Assembly (NCBI GenBank): GCA_051294375.1
Contig: CM119271.1
Location: forward strand, 2,370,677-2,434,676
Direction of reading: 5' to 3'
DNA: 64,000 nt
Source: Paraspadella gotoi
Taxonomy: Eukaryota; Animalia; Chaetognatha
Shown in pieces: positions 55,303-64,000 of the stretch; positions within the stretch are counted from its first letter, which is position 1, and each line of letters starts with the position of its first letter. The position numbers and the translations under genes are program-made. A model generated the notes under the pieces. It was not told where the DNA came from. It made no database searches and saw only the letters and a program-made list of their open reading frames with translations.

Positions 55303-56091
55303 NNNNNNNNNNNNNNNNNNNNNNNNNNNNNNNNNNNNNNNNNNNNNNNNNNNNNNNNNNNNNNNNNNNNNNNNNNNNNNNNNNNNNNNNNNNNNNNNNN
55401 NNNNNNNNNNNNNNNNNNNNNNNNNNNNNNNNNNNNNNNNNNNNNNNNNNNNNNNNNNNNNNNNNNNNNNNNNNNNNNNNNNNNNNNNNNNNNNNNNNNN
55501 NNNNNNNNNNNNNNNNNNNNNNNNNNNNNNNNNNNNNNNNNNNNNNNNNNNNNNNNNNNNNNNNNNNNNNNNNNNNNNNNNNNNNNNNNNNNNNNNNNNN
55601 NNNNNNNNNNNNNNNNNNNNNNNNNNNNNNNNNNNNNNNNNNNNNNNNNNNNNNNNNNNNNNNNNNNNNNNNNNNNNNNNNNNNNNNNNNNNNNNNNNNN
55701 NNNNNNNNNNNNNNNNNNNNNNNNNNNNNNNNNNNNNNNNNNNNNNNNNNNNNNNNNNNNNNNNNNNNNNNNNNNNNNNNNNNNNNNNNNNNNNNNNNNN
55801 NNNNNNNNNNNNNNNNNNNNNNNNNNNNNNNNNNNNNNNNNNNNNNNNNNNNNNNNNNNNNNNNNNNNNNNNNNNNNNNNNNNNNNNNNNNNNNNNNNNN
55901 NNNNNNNNNNNNNNNNNNNNNNNNNNNNNNNNNNNNNNNNNNNNNNNNNNNNNNNNNNNNNNNNNNNNNNNNNNNNNNNNNNNNNNNNNNNNNNNNNNNN
56001 NNNNNNNNNNNNNNNNNNNNNNNNNNNNNNNNNNNNNNNNNNNNNNNNNNNNNNNNNNNNNNNNNNNNNNNNNNNNNNNNNNNNNNNNNNN
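55303..56091. other. Assembly gap (largest of several: 36904-36928, 42460-42605, 43040-43064, 53663-53826, 54037-54243, 54577-54633, 56381-56405)
   Basis: N runs. Confidence 1.
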
Positions 56092-57499
56092 TTGGGCCAA
56101 ATCTGATGTTTTTCATTTTTTTAAATTTTCACTTTTTATGCAAAAATATTATTATCATGATCATTGGTCAAATCAATTTTTTAAATCTTTTTCTTATACA
56201 AGACTGACTTTCTTTAACTGATGTCTTTCCATTAAACAAGTTGTCGGATCTGCCTACGATAATTAAGTGGTAATAAGCTAACTTGGTCAACTTGCAAAAT
56301 TTTATCAACTTGCATTATTTGGTCAACTTGCAAAATTTTATCAACTGACATAATTTGTTCAACTGACATAATTTGGTCAANNNNNNNNNNNNNNNNNNNN
56401 NNNNNTCCAGCCGAGAGCGAAAAAAAATATTATTGATGTCTCAGCCAGTCTGAATATTTTTGTTAGTATGCCCGACGAGTCTTTACAGAAGTTATTCCTA
56501 AAAATCTATGCAAAAAATTGTTACAGGTATCGAGATACAGTAAAATACAGTGAATAATTTAAAAATATCCATTACCCATAATGTATTATATAAACTAAAC
56601 CTTTGGCCATTGCGTAAAAAGTCAATTCGATCCAAATTTTTGTAAGTTGTCTGAATTTCTGGCTGGGATTGCTGTTTCCACATCTGATACTTTTTTCATT
56701 TTGCCGAAAGTTCTTTTTTCAAATTCTTTTTTTTTTGTAAAAGAAAAAAATTTTCTTCCTTAAATAAACCTTTTGAATCAATAATATGTATCCACCTATA
56801 GTTATAAGCGTTTTAAACCTGAAAGGAAAAATTAAATATTATGTATAATTTTTTTAAAAGATTATTTTCTTTTTTTTTATTTTACTAGCAATAATGCAAA
56901 TAAGATTATTGCATTTTAAGCTTTTTATAACGGAGTATTTTGAAAATTTTTTTAAAATAGGAAAATTCTAAACGGCCAAAAGAATCTTTTAAAATAACAA
57001 AAATAAAATAATATTGAATAACTTTTAGGTAACAAATAGGATGAAATTTTTAATACTTATGAAATAAGAAAAACAATACATTCGATGCTGAATGGTATCC
57101 CGATGCAAATCCACAATCCATCAAAGTTAATTTAATTAAGTAAAGCTTAAAGAAATAAAGGAAAAACAAGAAGAAAAGACTCAAAGGTCACACATTTTGG
57201 AATGTCACTGTGTAAGGTTGAAATTAATTAGAAGAGAAAGGAGAGAGAGAAAGAGATTAAATGATAGAAAGAATCTTTTGGCAGAAATACAAGTATGAAC
57301 AGAAATTAAAATCTAATAAAAAAAGATTGAAATCAAAGCCAAAGAATGAATAGTCTCATAATACCCAAACAGGAAAATCCTGTACTAATTAAGAGCTTTC
57401 AAATAACCAATCAAATCAATCGATCAATTAAAATTAATCAATATCTCTCTCTCTCTTTCTCTCTCTCTTTTTGTTTGTGTCTTTTATTATCTCCTCTCT

Positions 57500-57710
57500 T
57501 CCCTTAAAGGGTTTGAGGGTTTGCTCATCGGCCCCCAAGGCGGCTTACGACGGTCCATCATGCTTCCCGGCAAGGATAAGGTACCGGGTGGGATTGAACC
57601 CGTACCTAAGTGTCATTGAGCTGATGGGCTTTTACTCAATGAGCCCAACCGGTCACAACTGAAAGTGTCATGATCTAGGCGGGGTGAACCTATGGCAAAT
57701 GCCCGACATA
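57500..57710 (-). mobile_element. Copy of the tRNA-module element (minus strand)
   Basis: Reverse complement reads gtcgggcatttgccataggttcaccccgcct...gctcattgagtaaaagcc...gggttcaatcccacccggtacct...aaaccctcaa. Confidence 0.7.
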
Positions 57711-57749
57711 TACACATTTATAATGGTTTTTCATACTTATTAACAATTT

Positions 57750-58440
57750 ATTAAGTCGGATGCTGATTTTCAAGCAGATTCCGAACCTAATAATTCACGT
57801 TTGTGCGGTCCGCCCCCTCCAATATTGTTGGAACACTCACTTATATCATGTCAAGAACAATCGAATTATGAATAAATTATGTAAAAAAAAAAACGATGTC
57901 GTCCGTCCGTCGTGTACCGTCCCGCCTATAGCAAAAAAAAACACCAATTACTCGGATGATTGGATGGATGGGATTGGTAATGAAATTTTTGTGTGTGGGT
58001 AGGAAACCTGTGTGATTGAGAATGGATATGAAAGTTGTGGAATCTTCTGCGAAGTGGAAATTGGTTTAAATGGAAAAAACAAAAAAAAATCTTAATTTCA
58101 CTTATTTGAACCGCCAATTGCTCATTATGAGTGGATAGGGCAATTGACTTGAAATTTTTGTATGATGGTAGGAAAGTGTGTGGATTTTGAGTTGGATATT
58201 AAGCGTTCGATGGAATCATCGAGTTGGAATGAAGTTATAAATGGAAAAAATCAAAAAGTCATATTACTTGAAGTATTTTTACTTAATTACTGCATAATTA
58301 TATGTTTATTAAAAAAATGGATAGATATAATTGAGAATGGAATTTTGTGTGTGAGTAGGAAAATAGTATGGTTGATTAAAATGCGGATTATAAAATTTTG
58401 ATGGAATTCGTTAGTGATTTGAAAAGAGTTTCAAATTAGA
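57750..58440. mobile_element. Family C copy, opposite orientation, with internal subrepeats
   Basis: ttaagtcggatgctg...ggtccgccccc...gatgtcgtccgtccgtc...caattactcg.atgattggatggatgg and three subrepeats containing gtaggaaa. Confidence 0.55.
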
Positions 58441-60595
58441 AACCAAAAAGACATCATTTATTTGAATTTTTAAAGATTTCTCATCTCTCTATCTCACTCT
58501 GAATTGGATTGATTGATATGATTGATCAAATTATAGTCAGTTGACACAAATTAATGTCAGTTTGAACAAAATTATTCAGTTGATAAAATTTTGCAAGTTG
58601 CACCAATAATGCAAGTTGATAAAAAATTTTGCAAGTTGACCAAGTTAGCTTAATTACCACTTAATTAATCGTAGGCAGATCCGAACAATGTTTAATGGAA
58701 AGACATCAGTTTAAGAGAAAGTCAGTCCTTGTATAAAGAAAAAGATTTAAAAAATTGATTTGACCACAATGATCATGATAATAATATTTTGCATAAAAAG
58801 TGAAAATTTAAAAAAATGAAAAACATCAATTTGGGGGGGGGGGACCCAAAAATAATTAATCTTCCAATCTGATGTTTATTTTAGAATACAAAATGTTTGC
58901 TCGTTTTCTTTAATTCTTAATTATAACAAAAAATTCTGCTTTTTTTTCAACTAAAAAATTCAATTATTTACATAAATAAAAATGCACATGTCTTCAAAAG
59001 TTGTACGATATTTTTGTTCCAAATAATCATGGATATCATAAAATATATGATTTATGGCTACTACCCTCAAATCCATGGGTCTTCTTGAAGAAAAAAGACA
59101 TCAAGAGCAAAAAAGTCAGGCCTATATATGAAAAATGTAAAAAAAAATTGATTTGACCCAGGCTCATTCAATATTATGTTATTTTGCATAAAAAATAAAA
59201 TATCAAAAATAAAAAACATCAGATTTTTGCGCAAATTGAATTACCTCCAAATCTGATGTTTTTAGAAAGTGCAAAATGTTACGCGTTTTCTTTAATTAAT
59301 ACATTATGAACGCAAAAAATAAATATTTTCGAAAACTGAAAATTCAATTTTATTAAAGAAAACAATGTCCTATATCAAAGTTGTGGCATATTTTTATCAA
59401 ATTTATCATGAAAGATCACAACAACATAGGTTTACCGGTACTACCCTCATTTTTGTTTTTTTCTATAACAAAGACATCAGTGCAAAAAAGTAAAATATTT
59501 AATAAAAAGTAGAAACCTGTTTGTCAGTCGCCAAAATTTCTGATATATTAATATGATTCATGAACAAGCCCTGATTCCAAAACTGTGCGCAAAAATTATG
59601 TAGAGTAAGGGGCTTGGTCTGCCTCTAAACAGAATATGTTTTAAAAATGCGTTTTTTAAACACATTTTTGTGACACAGTACCATAATTTCGCAAAAACAT
59701 ACAGTAAAAAAATTTTGTCAAACAACAACTTTTTTCATATTTTTTCTATTTGTCAAACGTTGGAACGTTGTTAATCTTCTCACAGGGTAAATACGGTCCT
59801 TCAACATTGTTTAACTGAACCTTCTGACTACCAATGGCTGCAAATTGAAATCATATTGGGTAAAAGGAGTTGTTTCTGAGATCAATAAATTGATGCAAAA
59901 GTAGGCTGAACTCCCTTTTAGCTTTTTATGCCTGCATTGCGACAATGCAGTTTTAGTAAATGTTTCAAAGAGGCTGTGGAGAATTCATACAGTCCAATTG
60001 TAAACAGAAGCTTTCTGAAGGCGATAAATTTTGTTGTAACGGAGGCGGTTAATGAATGGCTTAATACTTAGTAGTAAACAAATGGTTATGTGAATGGTTT
60101 CAAGAGTCATTAAAACGGCGTAATACTTGGTTAACGGAGGCTTTCTGGATTAGCGTAATACTTGGTATTCTTTAACGCGACTCGATCCACGCCAGGAACT
60201 CTCTTTCAGCTTTTAGCTTGCATTGCGTCATATTTTCTATTTGCTATAGTTAATGGGGGAATCCCCAACTCGATTTAATCATAGAGATCACTGATTGAAG
60301 CCCCATTCTGACTTTCTGCTCCATTCTCCCCGCGTAATATCAAGATGAGATGACCCGAGATTAGATATCAATTATCAAATAAAACGATCGACTCGGAGAT
60401 AATAAGTGTCTTTTTATAAATAATACATATTTTTAAAAAAACTTTTAAAATTTGATTTGTTCAATTAAGTTTTTATTTCAAAAACGTAAAATACATATAA
60501 CTACGCGACTGTGAGGGAAGTTTTTTTTCTTTAAAGCAATTCAAGAAAAGTTTGAAATGAATTTTCAACAACGATTTTATTTTTAATAAAAAAAA

Positions 60596-60637
60596 AACGG
60601 ACATGTTTCGGCTTAACTACAAGCCTTCATCAGCATT
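60596..60637 (-). ncRNA. Second copy of the minimal hammerhead ribozyme, in the inverted arm
   Basis: aacggacatgtttcggcttaactacaagccttcatcagcatt is the exact reverse complement of 60790-60831. Confidence 0.85.
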
Positions 60638-60789
60638 AAAAAAGTTAGTGAATTTGAAACAAATTATGTGCATAAAGAAAGAGTGAGAGAGAGAGAGAGA
60701 GAGAGAGGGCAAAGTTTCCAACACAGAGTCTCTCTCTCTCTCACTCTTTCTTTATGCACATAATTTGTTTCAAATTCACTAACTTTTTT

Positions 60790-60831
60790 AATGCTGATGA
60801 AGGCTTGTAGTTAAGCCGAAACATGTCCGTT
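60790..60831 (+). ncRNA. Minimal type I hammerhead ribozyme (PLE-type), sense to the GPCR pre-mRNA
   Basis: aatg-CTGATGA-a-ggctt(gtagtt)aagcc-GAAAC-at-GTC-cgtt. Both conserved core boxes are present. Stem II is 5-6 bp, stem I is AAUG/CGUU, and the stem III region is the palindrome ACATGT. Predicted cleavage is after C60827. Confidence 0.85.
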
Positions 60832-61335
60832 TTTTTTTTTATTAAAAATAAAATCGTTGTTGAAAATTCATTTCAAACTTTTCTAATAATTATTACACAA
60901 CGAAAAGAAAGGATTATACCACAATAGCAATTCAAGATAAAATGTGTTTCCCCGTCGGTGAATGTTGACGGAAGATTAATGAAAAAGGTGATCGTTTGCT
61001 CAGTTCAGGTTTTGTCGATCCGTGACGGAAATTCTGATTCATTACAGAATCACGCGATTGTTGCGTCACGAAAGCGTTAAAATTGCGTCTCGCCAGCGTC
61101 GCGTAAACCTCTCACGTTAGAAGCGAATCGACGTTCGCATTTGTATTTGCGTTTAGAGCATCAACGGTCGAGGCTGCAGAATAAAAAAATCCAAAGAAAC
61201 TGAATGAGAATCGATTTGCGAAACCAGAAGAGAAGAAGAAGAAGAATTGAGAATTTTTCTGGATTTCGTCAGGGAATGGTTTATGGATATTGGTAGAAAG
61301 GCAGGTGCGATGGTGCGTGGTTGAAAAGGAAAAGG

Positions 61336-61370
<35 letters not shown>

Positions 61371-62497
61371 ATAGAAGAAAGAAAGAAAGAAAGAAAGAAA
61401 AATAAAAAAAAAAGTAACAGTGTGGAGAAGTAAAGGATAAGGTTTGTCAAAATTGTAACACGATGGGCAGGGCAAAAAATAAAAGGTTGGCACGGAATCG
61501 CCATCATAATTGGTCAAACACCACTTACGTCTACCATTGCCTAAAGACATTTTAGCACACCGTTCACATCATAAGTCAATGTGTCTAAAGTATGAGATTA
61601 ATTTTAGTTGAGGTAATCTGCCTTATTAAAAATTCAAGTCTCTACTATATTCTTGGGCGAACTCCCCACAAACACATCCACAACCTGCTGGAGAATGTAC
61701 AAGCCACTGCATCGATGGCATTATCTTTGGAGTTGTGGAGGTAATCGAAAAATTTCCCCCCAAAATTTAGTAAGGACTAAGGAAAGAAAGGGAAGGTCGA
61801 TGACCGGAAGAATATAGATGAGAAAGAATCTAGGGATAAACTTGGACATGGGTTGATGGAGAGAAGGAGAAAGCTTCAAAGTTAGGAGAGAAGAGAAAGA
61901 GTTTGAGTGAAAGAAGAAGAAAAAAGAAAAAGACGGAGAAAAGATAGAGAGAGAAAAAAAAAACGAATAAAAAACTTTTGCCAAAAATGGAGAAAAGAAA
62001 AAGGGTAAGAAACGGATAAAGTATTGAAAAGGGATTAAGGGAGAAAAGAAACGGTTTTAAAAAAAAAAGTATTAATGACTTTCGCTCCAATAAATCAACG
62101 GAAAGAAGTATAAAAAAAAAAAAGAAAGAAAAAAGAAAGAAAAATGAAGAGAGGGTTACTAAGAAACTTTCGGGTCGTCAAACCCGAAATTCTGCGCAAA
62201 GTCGCTGTTAATCCGCTGTGATTTTTCACACATATGACATGTCATGGCCACGCCCATCGTAAAGACGACGACGACGACGATGACGACGACGATGATGACG
62301 ACGTCAAAGAACTGACCTTTTGCTCTCAAACGAAGAAGAGCGTGGATTTGAAGTGTCTCTAAAAGTAATTCAAATAAATGTAGTTTATTTTTTTAAAGTC
62401 GTATATAAGTTCTGAAAATATAAAATATTCGAATGTGATACAAAGCGCATATTTTAAAATTCAAAATCGATTGTTTTTATTTTTTGTCACTCTCTCA

Positions 62498-62528
<31 letters not shown>

Positions 62529-62587
62529 ACTTCTCTCTCCTCTCACTCACTCTCTCTCTTCTCTCTCTCCTCTCTCTCTCCTCTCAC

Positions 62588-62618
<31 letters not shown>

Positions 62619-62754
62619 TCTCTCTTCACTCTCTCTCTCTCTCTCTCACTCTCTCTCTCTTCTCTCTCTCTCTCTCTCTCACTCTCTCTCTCTCTCTCTC
62701 TCTCTCACCTCCTTCCCTCACTCTTCTGCTCACCTTCTCCCCTCTCTTCTCCTA

Positions 62755-62792
<38 letters not shown>

Positions 62793-62957
62793 GTCTAATT
62801 GGCCTCTCCGCGGTGAATACCTCATTCTATATTCCGGTAGTAAAGATTTCGCCGATGAAATGTTTTGAGCTTTCTCTGTCTCTCTCTACCTCTCTGTCTC
62901 TCTCTATCTTTATGACGCTTTCTAAACTTCTCAGTCCCTTTTTTTCCTTTTCGTCTT

Positions 62958-63021
<64 letters not shown>

Positions 63022-63057
63022 CTCTCCGTCTCTTTTACCTCTCTCTCTCTCTCTCTC

Positions 63058-63134
<77 letters not shown>

Positions 63135-63182
63135 CGTACTCCACCTCCGCCAACCTCTATTTCTTCCCCCCCCCTCAACCAG

Positions 63183-63315
63183 GTCCACCAACGCCATCTC
63201 CCGGCTCCGCGCGGCGTGTCCAGCGGCAGCGGCGGCAGCAGCGAAGGTCACAACCGGACGACGACGATGCTGGTCACGATCGCCGTCCTCTTCGTCTCCT
63301 GCGAACTTCCTTCAG
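63183..63315 (+). CDS. GPCR exon H, ICL3-TM6; TM7 exon(s) probably beyond the window
   Basis: Acceptor cccctcaaccag|. Translates VHQRHLPAPRGVSSGSGGSSEGHNRTTTMLVTIAVLFVSCELPS(G), matching RTT.ML..i..lF...ElP.G. The donor |gtctct is weak, and read-through stops 9 codons later, so the 3' boundary is less certain. Confidence 0.9.
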
Positions 63316-64000
63316 GTCTCTGCGGGGGCTGCTGTTTGCTGTAGCGCATCCGCCACTGACGCTGCTGTTGAAGAGACGCTGTTTGCCGCAGCTGGAATAA
63401 TGTCTCGCAAAATTTATTTATTATTTATAGTTAATAAAAGATACGTATAAGAAATTCAAGGCTGCCTTCAGTGACGAGGTGTGAATGGAATCCGATAAGG
63501 GTGTTTGGTGAAATGGTCTCCTTTTTGGATGGGGTCATCCGCAGCCCGGATTCGATGGCCATGGATGTTTGGAACCTAACGTCCGTTTAACAGTTCTTGA
63601 AAAAGTTTGGACTCGAGTCGATTTCGATGTTTTGACGATTATGACGTCGATTTAGCGAAGCGTTAGGACTTTGGCGCTAAAATTGAGGGACGTGGGATCT
63701 TAAACGAACTTTAAACGAGGACGACGACGACGACGACATCGAAAACAACTGTAACAGATCTTTAAACGTCATCATAGGCGCAGGGAGTATAACTAAGGTC
63801 TAACTAAGGTCTAAGGTCTAAGGTCTAAGGTCTAAGGTCTAAGGTCTAACTAAGGTCGGGTAAGTCTGACTGAAATCTAGGTAAGTAAAGACGGGGGGAA
63901 ATGGTGGGAAAGGAAAATATATTGTAAGCGGCTAAATCGGCGGTAAAAAAATGGTAACAGAGACTGAACGGGAGAGGGACGGTGAGAGAGAAAGAGAGGA

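Larger units (their letters stand above)
54917..60194. repeat. Long inverted repeat (arms 54917-56380 including a gap, and ~58522-60194) around a ~2.1-kb spacer
   Basis: Outer ends tggcgtggatcgagtcgcgttaaa and tttaacgcgactcgatccacgcca. Inner ends are built from tcaact(t)gca/gaca subrepeats. Confidence 0.8.
60535..60937 (+). mobile_element. Truncated Penelope-like element (PLE) insertion: inverted pLTR arms, 3' tail and TSD
   Basis: 12-bp direct repeat agcaattcaaga at 60535-60546 and 60926-60937. Near-perfect ~155-bp inverted arms at 60544-~60698 and ~60729-60884. A ~41-nt tail (60885-60925) is present on one side only. Each arm holds a hammerhead core. Confidence 0.85.

Noticed and set aside
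55209-56221. ORFs of 270-332 aa
   Set aside because: They consist almost entirely of N-gap X residues.
61440-61760. Possible coding or retroelement fragments (also 31960-32080, 33000-33330 and 63440-63580)
   Set aside because: Higher-complexity sequence, but the frames I translated showed stops and no recognisable motif. A TBLASTX search would be needed.

Overview
AT-rich, microsatellite-dense ((AG)n/(CT)n) eukaryotic genomic scaffold, most likely from an invertebrate animal, with several N gaps. The one protein-coding gene I can support is a + strand, multi-exon rhodopsin-class GPCR of the myosuppressin-receptor/dmsr (7TM_GPCR_Srw-like) type. Eight exons (24104-63315) join in consistent phase into TM1-TM6, and one intron needs a GC donor. 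The start exon was not found, and TM7 probably lies beyond the window. Almost all ORF-track entries are microsatellite translations. The most interesting non-coding signals are: (1) a ~400 bp Penelope-like insertion (12-bp TSD, inverted pLTR arms, 3' tail) inside a GPCR intron, with a minimal hammerhead ribozyme on each strand, plus a second miniature insertion of the same architecture at 5.8 kb; (2) a 243-bp TG...CA element with a 4-bp TSD and an internal tRNA-like A/B-box module, nested in a MITE whose interior is made of TTAGGG-like repeats; (3) Helentron/DINE-1-like non-autonomous elements. The 34.3-49.4 kb direct plus inverted duplication looks like a long-read gap-fill artefact. All calls were made by eye, without database searches.
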